Shown here: piece by piece, positions 27,718-41,649 of the stretch | How positions within the stretch are numbered: the stretch's first letter is position 1 | Layout of the letters: each line of letters begins with the position of its first letter | DNA from: Octopus sinensis | Lineage: Eukaryota | DNA: 64,000 nucleotides | NCBI RefSeq assembly: GCF_006345805.1 | Contig: NC_043006.1 | Span: 77,066,001 to 77,130,000, forward strand | Direction of reading: 5' to 3' | The notes under the pieces: model-generated | What the model was told of the DNA's origin: nothing | What the model saw: only the letters and a program-made list of their open reading frames with translations | The model's database searches: none | Made by a program: the position numbers and the translations under genes

Positions 27718-29563
27718 CAAAATAAGCAACAAGTAATCGCCCCATGTATTTATATGGATAATACCATATAAAATTCTGGTGCCTTTGACTTAAGTACCAT
27801 ATTCATCTGAATCTAAATTTTGCTTATATATAATATATATATACACATGTATGTATAGAGGGACAAAGATATACGTATTTACGTACGTACATATGGTATA
27901 TACAAGGGTACATGTACGTGTGTGTGAAAACTTGTATCTGCTGAGTAAAGGTTTCCTTGAACTTGTACCTGGTCAAAAATATTTTTGTTGAATGCAATTA
28001 GCCGAAATGGTTAACAAATTTTTTTCGGAATCTCAATATCCTGGGTTTGATCCTTCTGCATGGCAACTTTAGGGGAAAAAAATTTCGTTAGAAGCCGTGT
28101 GAGTAAAACTTAGCAAAAGAAAACTGTGTAAATATTAAAGACCTACATGTGAGGCATCGCATCTGACATTACTGCCCTCGCATCTTCATTGGCCTTGCTT
28201 ATGAGAATTTCCACTTCCTACCTCTTGTATTTTTACATTAATATCGCATCATCCTTAATATCGTCATAAGCGCTGTCTTCCCAGCTATAAATATTGTTCA
28301 GTTTATTTCACTGGTCATCCGGTCTTCATATCTGAACTTTTTGATCTTATTGAATTCCGCCACCTTTTTTCACATTTTACCGATCTTGTCCTGTTGATGC
28401 ACAACTTTCTCTAAAGTCTATTTTGCGACTGTTATTGTAGTCTTCACATCCAATACGATTCTTACGTACTTTTGTTCCCCACTACTTTTATTCCCCTACA
28501 TAAAACCCTTCCAACACATCTCTATCTTCACATTTATCACTATGTCCTTTTATTATATCCTTTCTTCCATTGTGTTCTACAACTCTGTTCCATTATTCAT
28601 TGTTGTTTATGCTATTTTAACTGTTCTGGTATCATTCTGTAGCAACGAGGAAAGAAGGACTCTGTTAAGTGTTTCAGACACCAAAAAAAAAAAAAAAATC
28701 AATTTCCAGCTTACCACAGCTGCCTTGTTCTTTTCGCTTCTATATTTATGTAAATATATTTCATTGTTTACCGAAAATATGGATTTGTGGCTAGTATTTT
28801 TATCACTAGCCATTTATTGTCATCAATATGACTAAATATTGAAACCAAACTCTGCATCTAGCAAACCAATATGCGCAGATATATAAAGAGATTCATCTTC
28901 TTGGCTTTCAAACTTAGCTTGTCACACCTGTCTTCTGCAATATCGTAATATTTACATATATTCTCACAATTTATGTTTTCAGTTAAGATGAACATTTTCA
29001 TATCCCTTTATCTCTTTTTATTTCTCTTTTCTCACTGTAACTGCCATTGCATGTCATTGTGTCTACTTCTTTGACTATACCTAGATTACTCTGTCTCTCG
29101 CTCACTGCCTGATTGTATCCTCCCCGCTTTCTCTCTTTACTGTCTGGCTATTCAGTTCTCATTGTTTAGAACAAAAACACTGAATAAATTTCACATGTTG
29201 TGAATCTAATTAACGTCACCTTCGAATGAATGATAAATTAGATACCGTATTAATGTGAGAAACATTATATAAATGTGACATAACAGGAAAGTGAAATGAT
29301 GAGGATGAAGTTAAAGTAAATAACATAATTTTTCAATGTTTAGGAAGATAGGATTTGAGCACTATCCAATATGAAGACGAGTTACTAGTAGCCACTCGAG
29401 GCTCACTTATTTAATTTGAGCGAATTTATCTTATAAAGAAGATATTTTATTTCCATACTGGGAGAGATAATATTTCTCTTTGCTGTACATTCTGTAATTT
29501 CTGGCAAATTTAATATACGATAGATTAATACCGTAGCTAGTATAATATTTATTAATATAAACC

Positions 29564-30470
29564 GACGAGCTGGTAGAACTGTTAGCACGCCGGGCAAAAT
29601 ATTTAGTGTCACTCCATCCATGTTTACGTTCTGCATTCAAATTCTATTCAGAACGACTTTACCGTTCATCCGTCAGGGTCGATAAAATAAGAATCAGTTG
29701 ACGGCTGGAGGTTAATGCAATCGATTTACATTAACTGCTGGCCTTGTGTCAAGATTTGAAATCAATGTTTATTTATTAGTTCATTGTTTAAGCGTTTGTG
29801 GTCATTGTGGTTTTTTGGCTTTGTTTTTTTTCAAAGAAATATATCGAACACGTGTTTCAAATGATTATTGATTTAGGCAAAAATCGTCGAATGTATTTTG
29901 TAAAAACCAATATTTATTTTTTAGCTGGCAGAAACGTTAGCGGTATTTCGTCTGTCTTTACATTCTGAGTTCAAATTTCGCCGAGGTCGACTTTGCCTTT
30001 CATCCTTTCGGGGTCGATAAATTACGTACCAGTTACGCACTGGGGTCGATATAATCGACTTAATCCCTTTGTCTGTCCTTGTTTGTCCCCTCTATGTTTA
30101 GCCCCTTGTGGGCAATAAAAAAATAAGTCTCGTTAGCACACCGGGCTAAATGCTCACCAGTATTTCTTCCATCTTTATTCTGAGTTCAAATTCTACCTAG
30201 GTCGACTTTGACTTTCAACTATTCGGGGTCGATAAAATAAGAACCGGTTGAGTACTGAATGTAACGGACTTAACCCTCCCTCACAATTGCTGGTCTTGTG
30301 CGAAAATTTGAAATCAATATTGTTTACTAACATGAAACCATGACTAATAGTTCTTTGTTTAAGCGTTTTGTGGTCATTATTTTTTTTTGTCAGCGAAATA
30401 TATCGAACATGTGTTTCAAATGATTATTGATTTAGGTAAAATCATCGAATGTTTTTTGTAAAAAGCTATA
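29564..30470 (+). repeat. Old tandem duplication (family-2 SINE + about 150-bp flank) x2 with a young family-2 SINE (29923-30126) at the second unit
   Basis: tgtttaagcgttt..gtggtcatt...aaatatatcgaaca.gtgtttcaaatgattattgatttagg occurs at about 29785-29910 and 30355-30470, each after an old SINE tail. Confidence 0.85.
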
Positions 30471-31189
30471 ATTGCCTCAGCTCGATACATATATCTAAAG
30501 TGATCGCACTTGACACATAAATTGCACAAGTGTGTCTCTCATATGAAATTAAACTACAAACTTAAACTTAAACTTAAATACGGTGATTGTTTCATCTCGT
30601 CTGGTTATAGTCAGCTTATGAGACTCATGTAAATCAGTGAATTTACCACACGTTAAGAGTATATAATTATGTATCCAGTGACATCCAGATATAAAATTAC
30701 TGGGATATTTTATAAGGAGTTTTCGATCCCATAATTAGATGCTCAGCTAACAATGAAGATTAACTATTTACTCGTGTGCTAACTTACCTGCATGAGAAAG
30801 GGGCCTGATATTTATCTCCAAAGCTAGAAAAATAAATTAATAGACGGTTTTGTATCAACCATCTATGAGTAGTCACAAATGTCTTGGTATCAAAGGCATT
30901 AAGTTATATAGTTAGTACAGGGTACTCTCTATACCCGAAATAATACCAAATTGCCTTTTATTATCACCTTTACATACACACAGTATATATAAATATGTGT
31001 GTATATGCATTTATTTATATGAATATTTGTGTGTGTAGATATATTTATATGCATATATATCTGTAAAGACACATACATACATTACTAACCATATATAAAC
31101 ATGTTTGTACATATGTATGTATTTATATATATATATATATATATAAACAAACATACACACACACACATGTCTGTACATATGTATGTAGT

Positions 31190-31231
<42 letters not shown>

Positions 31232-31650
31232 AACAAACATACACACACACACGCACACACAAACATGTATTCATACATACACACGCACTTCCCCTAATGA
31301 AAAATCAGATTCCAATAACGAGAATAAAAAATATATAATCCAACAAGATTTTCCTCTTATTAAGAAAAACAAAAATGTGAAATATTTTATACATTTTGTA
31401 GTTGTTATTGCTATCGTGCATAGTACAGTTGTCTTTGTAAAGTTTTAAGCTCTATTTAGGATGATGTATGGGCTGTTTGTTATAACTAGTCATATACTGA
31501 AGGAACAAATCATGATGCTTATTTCCCAGTATATATATACAGGTAATGCTTTCCGACTTATCTGGGATAAACTTGTTTACTCTACAATTCAAAACGCGGT
31601 CATGCAAAATTCGTTCTGGTAAACATGCCATATAATATTATTCTTGACAA

Positions 31651-31881
31651 AGGCGGCGAGCTCGCAGAAATGTTAGCAAACAGAGCGAAATGCTGAGCGT
31701 TGTTTTGTCATGCTTTACGTTCTGAGTTCGAATTCAGCCGAAGTTGACTTTGCTTTTCATCCTTTCTGGGTCGATAAATTAAGTACCAATTGCGTACTGA
31801 GGTTGATCTAATCGACTGGCACCCTTCCCCAAAATTTCTGGCTTTGTGCTTAGATTAATATTCTTTTGTATATTAGAAAAG
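31651..31881 (+). mobile_element. SINE family 2, full length, older tail type
   Basis: 17-bp TSD aatattattcttgacaa (31634-31650, 31882-31898). Confidence 0.92.
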
Positions 31882-32756
31882 AATATTATTCTTGACAATT
31901 TCATTTTCACACAGTTTATCGTTATTTATTGAAATTCTTGATACAGAAGAAAGTGTGGGTAGAGAATTAGCCGCTCGCTCCTTGGATATTACTGAAGGGC
32001 CAGTGATAGCTACTGGTATTTAGCATGTGCCGGAATATTCCATTATAAGAGGGATACTTGTACTCATTATTAAGGAAAATCCTGGATCGGCAGTATTCAT
32101 TAAATAGACTTAGCTGGCTGTCCAGGTAATGGAATGTTTAATTATATTTTCTGTTATATTACTGTTTTTCTGTTTAGGAATTTTCTATAACAACTCCAAT
32201 GTAAGCCTCAAAATGTTTATACTTTGACCTTTTAATATCTCCTCAACTGAAGATATTCTATTAAATAAATAAATGTTGATTATCATATAGTGCATTCCGT
32301 AAAAATTAAAATAATTACTCAGGTATTACTCGATTTGCAGAAACGTTGATGCGTTGGGAAATAGGTTTATCCTTATTATTATTCAGTAGTCATATTTTTA
32401 TCACGTGCTTTCACTGCACTACCGAACGCAGCTCTGTGCGCCGTGTGTGTGCGCTGTGGTTTGTTTTGATGCTCTTATTTTTACTGTATTGAAAGTGTTT
32501 TACCTAGGATGTGTGCGTTGCATAGTTGTGCTATTTTCTGTATGTTGTATGTACTTTTTAGTCCCTGTGTTTTTGTTATGTATTCGTCTGAATATTTTTT
32601 TCTCATACCTAATGCGCCTACAATGATAGTGATTGTTTCTATTGTTGAACTCCACATTCGAGTTACCACTACTTCAAAGTTTTGATTATTATTATTATTA
32701 TTAGTGTTGTTGTTGTTGTTGTTAGTAGTAGTAGTAGTAGTAGTAGTAGTAGAGCT

Positions 32757-32900
32757 CGTAACTTAGCGGTTCGGCAAAAAGTGACTGATAGAATAAGTAT
32801 TAAGCTTAGAAAGAATAAGTCCTGAGGTGGATTTGCTCGACTAAAGGCAGTGTTCCAGCATGGCCGCAGTCAAATAACTGGAACAAATAAAAAGAAAAAA
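32757..32900 (+). mobile_element. 3' half of SINE family 1
   Basis: cgtaacttagcggttcggcaaaa...ccagcatggccgcagtcaaa; preceded by (ATT)(GTT)(AGT)n repeats. Confidence 0.88.
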
Positions 32901-33219
32901 AAGTTAAATCTTTATTGTCTAATGTTTCCCGGAACGTTAAAATTCCAAACTGAACATAGATAATATAGAATTATGAGAAATCCTTATTAGAAAAAAGATC
33001 AAACTCGAACATAGTCGTGTTTCTTTCATACATGTCTTAAATAGAATCAGTTTCCAATATAATCATAGAATATATACACAAATGCGTTTGGTATGTACGT
33101 ATGTGTGTTATTGTTCCTATAAACGCACATACTTGTATATATGAAATAAAGACTGGTACATACATATATGTGTTGTTATATGTGTGGTGTGTATATGTAT
33201 ATCTATGATGGTACCCGTG

Positions 33220-33289
<70 letters not shown>

Positions 33290-34309
33290 ATATATATATA
33301 TATATACATGTGTGTATGTATGTGTGTAAATGTGTGTTTATGCGCGTGTGTCTGTGTGTGTGTGTGCAAAGCCACGCACAGTGCTTGTAGCGGTTCCTCT
33401 CTTTAGTCATTGTATTTCACCATCAGTTCACCCCAACCCATACGACACACAATGCATAATCTTCCGTATACAAAACAACAACCTTTCAGAAATGTATATA
33501 TGTACATATGCTAACTATATACGGAATAACAATTCAAATTTTCAAACTTTTATTATAGAGATAGTATGTTGCTATGATGATCAAAGGAAAAGCATTCAGT
33601 AATCCCCTTCCGTTTCATCCCCATCATATGGCTGAAAAATTTATATTGATGTAGTGAAAGCGAAACAGAGACAAAGAAACAGCGAGAAGGGAAGAGAGGA
33701 AGAAAGGAAGAGGTCGTTGTATTTGACTGAAAGACGGAGAAAAATATGTAAATATTAGTAAAATCTATGAAAAGAAAAATATAATTGAATCTTCTTCACG
33801 CATCCATATATTTGTGTCTTTTATCAATCGTAGCTGTTTTATGATTGGATTGGGAAATTTCATTTCATATCTTCCTTTGTCTACTCTTAATGTTACTACG
33901 GCTGAACACTACTATTTCAAACAACGATTTCTAGTCCATTAAACATTACAACCTATTTCTTGTCCCTGGAGACAATAACCACATTTCTTCTTTCGGCCGG
34001 ATGAACAGAACAACTTGATTTAGTCCAAGTTAACGCAGATGACTCAACGCGGTTACATGTCCTATTAGAAATATCAGTTAAGCTCAACGTGCCCAATACG
34101 ACTGTCTTTAAAGACGAGAGGATAATTTTGATATGAAGCCTTGCATTTAAAACATAGGTCCTACTTCGTTGCTCAGCTCAACCACCTCCATCTGCTTACT
34201 GGGCGCCATTTCTACTTTTAGCGGTGTTTATTCAGCAATAGCAAAAGTTCGGATTCGGTTTCCGGTCTCCTGAAACAAACGTCCTTTATTTTCTCCATTT
34301 CTTATTAGT

Positions 34310-34528
34310 TATTTTTTTACTACCCACAGAGGGGACAGACAAGGACAGACAAGGGGATAAAGTCGACTACATCGACCCCAGTGCGAAACTGGTAATTTAT
34401 CTATCGACCCCGAAAAGATGAAAGACAAAGTCGATCTCGGTGGAATTTGAACTCAGAACGTAGCGGCAGACGAAATAGGGCTACGCATTTCGCCCTGCGT
34501 GCTAACGTTTCTGCCAGCTCGCCGCCTT
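34310..34528 (-). mobile_element. SINE family 2, young copy
   Basis: 16-bp TSD tccatttcttattagt (34294-34309, 34529-34544). Confidence 0.92.
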
Positions 34529-35951
34529 TCCATTTCTTATTAGTATTTATCAATATCTCTTGCTGACATACTCAGTGGACATAAGCAAACCAACACAGGT
34601 TGCCAAGCAATGATGGAGGACATACACAAACACATATCTAAAAAAAATATAGGGTCTATAGAAGAAAAGACTTGCCCATTGTATCACACAGTAGAACTGA
34701 ACCCGGAACAGCATGGCTGGAAAAACGAGCTTCTTGAGGCAGCACACTGCCATGTCTGCGCCTATAAAAGCAAGACTGCATAAGTTTTGGTAATAAATTC
34801 TCACACAGACACATATTAGTAGAGAAAGGGGTGAGAGGAAAGAGACAATTATGTTAGTCGTAGTTTTCGACCGCCATTAATTTCAATCAACCCCTGGAAT
34901 GCTGAAAGGTAAATTGACTATGGGTGAGAATGAAACGTAGAACTTGTAGCCAAGTGTACAACATAGGAACTACGCCCTCTACACAATGTCTTGACTTGCT
35001 GTAAATAGCAGCCTAATCTCTTTTGTTTCACACCTTACCACTTTATACGATCAAAGACATTTCAATTAATGCTGCCCTGAATACATGCGATCTGATAGTC
35101 AAAATTTGAGGGCATTTTTTATTAACATTTTACAGAGTCGGTTTAGAGAAGTTAGACGTAACGCGAAACGACAACAATAACAGCTCTATTGTGTACATCA
35201 TTAAATATTTCAATTCGTAATAATTTATTCATCCAATAAGTAGGTAGTTGTCAGAGTGTTAAATGGCTCTTCTGAAGTAGTGCCAAGGATGTAAAATAGT
35301 TGTTATTAGCTTGCTATTTTGTGTAGTGTATATGTGTAATGCATATTGTATATGGGTACAAAGCAGTAGCTTTCAGCATAGGAGGTTTGAACCAAAATTG
35401 GATCACAGTATAATTGTAGAATAGACACCGCATTGACAAACAACCGTAGAAATTGTATTCACCTCAATAGAAGTCATTGATTGGTTGAAATTTCCGAAAT
35501 GCAAGAAATTTAACAACAAATAGCTTACAAACTACAGAATTTTCTCAAGAAAGCCAAAAGAAAAAGATGTTTTATGTAACGCATTCTACCAGTATACGAA
35601 GTTTAAAAGTGTTTAGTTCCAAAGAAATTATTTAAAAAATCTGCCGATCAAAGTGAAAAGATCCGTATAATTCTGAAACTTTCTCTAAGAACAAATCGTT
35701 TACGTTGATCTGTAGACCCCAAATAGAACGTAAACCAGTTCGCAGTTGGTGCGACAAAACATTTGGCATCAAATACATCCATACATGTTTTACAATGCAA
35801 TATTGCCATAAAGGGGTAGAACACATAATTTACTGTATACAAAAACTCAGAAATATCTCGCCAGCCGCCCGCCTCCACACAAGAACCGTCAAATATTAAG
35901 TATGTCTTACTGAAATATGTTAGAAAAACTACAGAAAAGAAATCACCTGTA

Positions 35952-36171
35952 GATATTGGTTTCAAATTTTGACACAAGGCCAGCAATTTCGGGGCAAGTG
36001 GTAAGTCGATTATATTGACGCTAGTGTTCAACTGGTTGTTATTTTACCAACCCCTTAGAAGATGAAAGGCGAAGTCGATCACAGTAAAATTTTAACTAAG
36101 AACATAAAGACGAGCGAAATGCCGCTAAGCATTTTGCCGGTGTGCTAACGATTTTGCCAGCTCAGCTCCTC
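35952..36171 (-). mobile_element. SINE family 2, old subfamily
   Basis: Core match; 10-bp TSD atcacctgta (35942-35951, 36172-36181). Confidence 0.85.
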
Positions 36172-37164
36172 ATCACCTGTAAATTCTCATTCGTAAAAAT
36201 TAGTCTCGGCATATAAACAACGTTTCGAACTGCTGGTGCAAACAGTACGACTTGCTTAACAAATGTTTAGTAATACGTATGACTCACTATTTATGATTTC
36301 ATGAAAATAAGACAGCGAATAAAAATTAATTGGGGTTTAAATCATGTTACAACCACAAAAAGTAGCAGGACAGACCATTGGACAGTGAGAATTTGACGCT
36401 GCACACAACGCGGAACCTGTGATACTGTGAGAGTTTAGTTGATGTTGACAACGTCGTACATTTTCCAAGAATATGAAACATAAACATGAAGAAATAGAGA
36501 GAAAATATGAGAAACATTGGAAAAAGTTCTCGTGTGAAGAGAAAGCTAGTTAGGTTGATAAACGATGTGATAGACAGAAAAAATTCACAAAAGCTAAATG
36601 AAAAATTCTGCAACCTGCCATAAAGTATAGTTAAGAATTGCATAAATACTAAGATATATTTCTAGACAGATTAAGATGTCTACAAAAGACATTCGAATAC
36701 TCATACATCTTTAAGAGTGAGAAGGATTTAATAAAGCTTTATAACGAAAATAACGAGATAAAGATTGCATAATTTCGCTGTAAATTTAAGGTATGATTAC
36801 AAAATAAATTTTTGATAGACAGTTTTTTAAAATATTGTATGTAGACCGATGCCAAGTAAGAGTTTAGTTACTTTACTGAAAAAATCACACAGGTTCTGTA
36901 ATTGCAACGCACATATATGTAAGACGCACATACACGCACACACACGCACACACACGCATGCACACGCACACGTACATACCTGCACATACACTTACAAACA
37001 TACACTTGTACACTCGCACATACACATATATACATAGCCTGGCTTGTCTTCTACGAAAATATCTCTTCTACGAAATAGTCGAGTTATTTCTGATACGGAT
37101 GTAAAGGCATTAGTAAAACCAGAGTGGGTACATCAAAGACAGTTATAAAAGTATAAGGAATTAA

Positions 37165-37295
37165 AAGAATCGTACCAGGTGCTAGTATGGCTCTACAAAA
37201 TATTTACGTTGATGATTCACTCGTGTGTTTTTATCTGTGATCGCATTGTCATGTCTGGCTGGCTTTGAAAATAGGATAGATCTGTGATTAACAAA
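37165..37295 (+). mobile_element. Possible BEL/Pao LTR-retrotransposon RT relic
   Basis: PGASMALQNIYVDDSL (YVDD at 37205-37216) followed by LAGFEN, resembling FYVDD...AGF.LRKW; short and decayed. Confidence 0.3.
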
Positions 37296-37519
37296 CTTCA
37301 CAGGAAGCAGAGATTGCTTCAATGTGTGTACTGCAAAAGTCTGTTGTTTGAAGCATACTATCGACCATAAATGCCATATCGTACAATCCTTTAAAACTTA
37401 TTTGCTTCCTGTGCCTCGCTCATGATTAAGTCACTCAAACTATTCTTTCCCCTGCCACGAGTGTCATTAGAGCCATTACCATTTTCTTTAAATAAACAAC
37501 TAGGTATTTTGATATTCTC

Positions 37520-37914
37520 TTCTACTCTAGCCACAAGGCCCAAAATTTGGTGGGAAGGGGCCAGTCGATTAGATCGACCCCAGTACGCAAGTGGTACTTA
37601 ATTTATCGACACCGAAAGGATGAAAGGCAAAGTCGACCTCGGCAGAATTTGAACTCAAAATATAAAGAAAGACGAAATACCAATTTCTTTACTACCTACA
37701 AGGGGCTAAACACAGAGAGGGCAAACAAGGACAGACAAACGGATTAAGTCGATTATATCGACCCCAGTGCGTAACTGGTACTTAATTTATCGACCCCGAA
37801 AGAATGAGAGGCAAAGTCAACGTCGGCGGAATTTGAACTCAGAACGTAACGGCAGACGAAATGCGGCTACGCATTTCGCCCGGCGTGCTAACGTGTCTGC
37901 CAGCTCGCCGCCTT
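37520..37914 (-). mobile_element. SINE family-2 nested dimer
   Basis: Minus strand: full young copy ending aaagaaatt, then ggtatttcgtc... old-tail copy lacking its head. Confidence 0.9.
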
Positions 37915-38685
37915 TAAGTATTTATGGTATCAAAGTAAAAATATTACCTTTGAGAGTCATTCAACCTCTTCGTCGGTCTGAAATTTCTCTGCTGTCTGCT
38001 TTTAATGACAGTCACTTTATTGTCGAATAGTAGCAGTATACTGCTACTCTGTAATATTCTTCGCATTCACGACACTACTAATTTCACAGAAACTACTATG
38101 ACGTAAGCCTATTAGACTTCTACAAAGTGTCTCGCTGCCGGTTACATTATAGTACATTTAGTCGTCAACCTGAATTCTAAAACCTAGGTCGGCATTTACC
38201 AGTCTTTGTAATCTTGGATAACATACCATGCCTCAGCGAATATCTACATTAATATTATAGTATATCGTTATTAAAAATTTTCTTTTCTCGTAACAGAAAG
38301 TTAAATTCCATAAAGCATTAACAATATCATTAAAGTTTCTTTAAAATCTTTTGCAACAGATGCCACAAAGAATTTTTTTTTATTTTTCTTTTGAAATTTC
38401 ATCTTAAGCACGGACTTTTGAAATTATTATAAGAAATTAAACGAAATCATATTTGAAAATTTTTACATCAGAAGCAAGAATAAATTTTTCAGAACTTTCG
38501 TCTTAACGAAGGTCTAGTTCAGACTAAATTGCCCTGCAATGTCTCATTAAGAGGTCATTTTCTCCATAGAGATTCGTCACCTACAGATGTCAGTATTTCT
38601 CTACCTTAGAGAATATGCTTCTTGCTTATTTTAACAAACGGAAATAGAACTAAAGACAGTAGAGACTGAAAAATATATTAGCATA

Positions 38686-38735
38686 TAATTAGCTTATAAT
38701 TACTCATTAATAATTAGCTTATAATTACTCATTAA
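38686..38735. repeat. Perfect 25-bp tandem duplication
   Basis: taattagcttataattactcattaa x2. Confidence 0.95.
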
Positions 38736-39395
38736 AGCATAGGACATACATTGTAAGTAGTTAGTAATTACAGATTCTACACTCTTAATTATTAATCAAC
38801 TTCAAGTTTCAAATTTTGAAAATTCTTACGCTATTTATGGTTAAGAATAATATTTAAATAGAGAATTATGTCAAAGGCTGTTATATAGACGAATTTCTTT
38901 AAAGTTCATCAAATCAAACTTCAGTTAGGTTTGAAATGTCAATAATTTACAACTTGGCAAATATTTTCTAAACACAATTTTGTCCAATTATACTGTACTA
39001 CACTGCTTAACAATAAACTAGTAAACAGTGGAATTAGTTTTTGTTATACCAAATAGTTGTTATTCATTTATAGACGTTTGTCATTACGTTGTTAATCACA
39101 TATTATATTATTACAGAGTAAACTTGGGAGAGAAAGCCAGACAAAATAATCATTATACTGATCATTGTCTGGTGTTATGGCAGTGTGTATACAGCATCAC
39201 CATTAACGAAGTGATTGACAAAGTCAGTCCAATATGAACCAATGTAAATGGACAGATGGATGATATTTTTTTAAGATTAAGTTAACAGCATAGGAAAGGA
39301 AGGACCAGCTGTGCAAACGGTATGCGAAATAATGATGGACCTCTTTGATGAAGTCAGGAATTAAAAAACAGGCGGGCACACACACACATTAAATG

Positions 39396-39443
<48 letters not shown>

Positions 39444-39679
39444 GCGTGTGTGTGTGTGTGTGGAGAGGGGGAGAGAGGGAGAGAGAGGGGCACTAATGCG
39501 GATAAACAAATTAGGTATATTAAATATGATAGTTTGGATTTGAAATGCAAAATATGTATGTATACATGCGAAATAAGGGAAAACAAAAAGGGGAGACTTT
39601 CAGACAATGGATATTTTAGTATAAATATATAGATATTTATATAATAGATCACTCTTACACAGAGTACAAATGACAGAGA

Positions 39680-40045
39680 AAATTAAAGAGGAAGATGTAA
39701 AGTGTTATAAGTCCAATAGCTGTTTCTGGAGACTCGAAAATCCCTAAAAGTGTCGGCAGCTGTAGTTTATCTCAATATGAGGCCGTACTAGAAGCAAACA
39801 ACATGAGATAAGACGATACCTCGTCATAAGTGTAGAAAAGATCTTACAATTCAGATCTTAATGCAACGAAGCTGGATTCATTAAATGTGGAGAGCTAGCC
39901 GTGGGTGGGTGGGGTTATGTGGAGTTTTAAGACAGGGAATGGTGAGAGGAGATAAGAGAGCTAGTTCAAGAAGAGGGAGAGGAATAATAATGAGTGTATC
40001 CATGGAGGTGGTAGGGGAGGTGGAGAATTGAGAGATGAACGGCAG
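39680..40045 (-). mobile_element. Possible decayed PLE pseudo-LTR
   Basis: Minus strand ATGACGAgg...GAAACAGCTATT with long stem-II insert, same layout as 27449-27568; C-rich upstream. Confidence 0.35.
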
Positions 40046-40048
40046 GGT

Positions 40049-40094
<46 letters not shown>

Positions 40095-40108
40095 AGTATA
40101 TATCATAC

Positions 40109-40148
<40 letters not shown>

Positions 40149-40167
40149 TGTATAAGTATATATCATA

Positions 40168-40202
<35 letters not shown>

Positions 40203-40204
<2 letters not shown>

Positions 40205-40500
40205 CTACTCTCGTACACTTCAGCTGCACTCCTCCTGCCCATGGATTACACTGGAGTGCTCTGTTGATAATAAATCGCTCCAATACACCACGACATTCGA
40301 GGCTTTTGAACCTTTTGAACTTTTCTTAAATTTTTGTTCTTTCTCTCTCTTTGTTTCTTTCTGTGTTCCTTTATGTGGAAGAGCATTGGCTTGAAACGTT
40401 AAAGACTTTTTTCACTTCCCGAGCGTGAAACTAATACATCTGTTTGTTGTCTACACCACCTGTCTTCGTCTTTTGTTTTACTTTTGTGAATTCTCTCCCT
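40203..40500 (+). mobile_element. Solo PLE pseudo-LTR with degenerate minimal HHR
   Basis: cttt ATGTGGA a gagc attg gctt GAAAC GTT aaag (40369-40404); tail shares agcg..aaactaata with the copies at 47.3-48.0 kb; flanked by (TA)n. Confidence 0.6.
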
Positions 40501-40616
40501 ATATACATATATATAAGGCAGTGCGTGTAAACATGTGTATATGTATGTATTCATACTGAAACATACATATATACACACAGACACCCACCCCGTGTATCCA
40601 TTCATAAATATATATA

Positions 40617-40679
<63 letters not shown>

Positions 40680-41649
40680 TACTACAATTTGGGATTTTAC
40701 CAATATATTTTATGTATATATATATATATATATTATATATATTATATATATATATATATAACGATCAGCTTTTATGTCAAGCATCTTATTGTGAAGACAT
40801 CACAATTATTTCAAAATTTGGACTGCCTTGAAAATATAAAGAGAATTTTATTTAGGATATTAAATTTCTCATAACTGTAATTTTTGCTATGATGAATTTT
40901 TGTAGCAAGTTATTGAATTACTCTGCCGTGAAGACTGTAAAGTAATTTTATCAACATGATTTAAATTTCAATTGTTAAATCTATAGTTAAAGAATGAAAT
41001 ATTTGCGTAGGTTTCAATAAGTAAATAAATATCTGCTATGATGTATAAAGTATATTGATTTAAATTTCTTTTATTTATCCTGAAATTAAGGGGTGTAGTG
41101 AAACGTTTAAGATGTTCGAATTACGGAGATAATATTTCGGCTTCAATTCCTTGCCGAGAAACCTAGCGAGCCTTCGAGTAAAATACTACATTTCTTCTGG
41201 ATTTAGCCTACACAGCTGCAATGAACAGGTACCAAAACTCTTTGTGGTAGGGACCCACCACGACGTCTCTCGTTCCCCACCACTGTTACATCCTTCATAT
41301 AGCACTGGGAAGGAGACTGAGTGGAGAGACTAATACAGTACATAACGATACCTCCACCCGTATCTGAAATCTGAGTGCAAAATCGCCAGGGATTTCATTG
41401 CCTATCATCCTGTCAGATCTCAATCTGTCAAATAAATCTTAGACGTTTCTCTTGATAAAGTATGAGAGGGTCATGAGTAAGCGTGTGTGCGTGTGCTCGT
41501 CAGTGTAGAGATAGTTAAAACAGTTAGTAAACTCGCGGTACATGTTACCAAGCATTAATCTCAAGCGAATGCCGCTTGCTGTTTTATGTATATACATATA
41601 TATATACATGTATTGAACTTTGACACAATTTTACTCCTTGACTTAGGTA

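Noticed and set aside
28170-28850. Pyrimidine-biased stretch, possible old LINE on the minus strand
   Set aside because: No diagnostic motif recovered.
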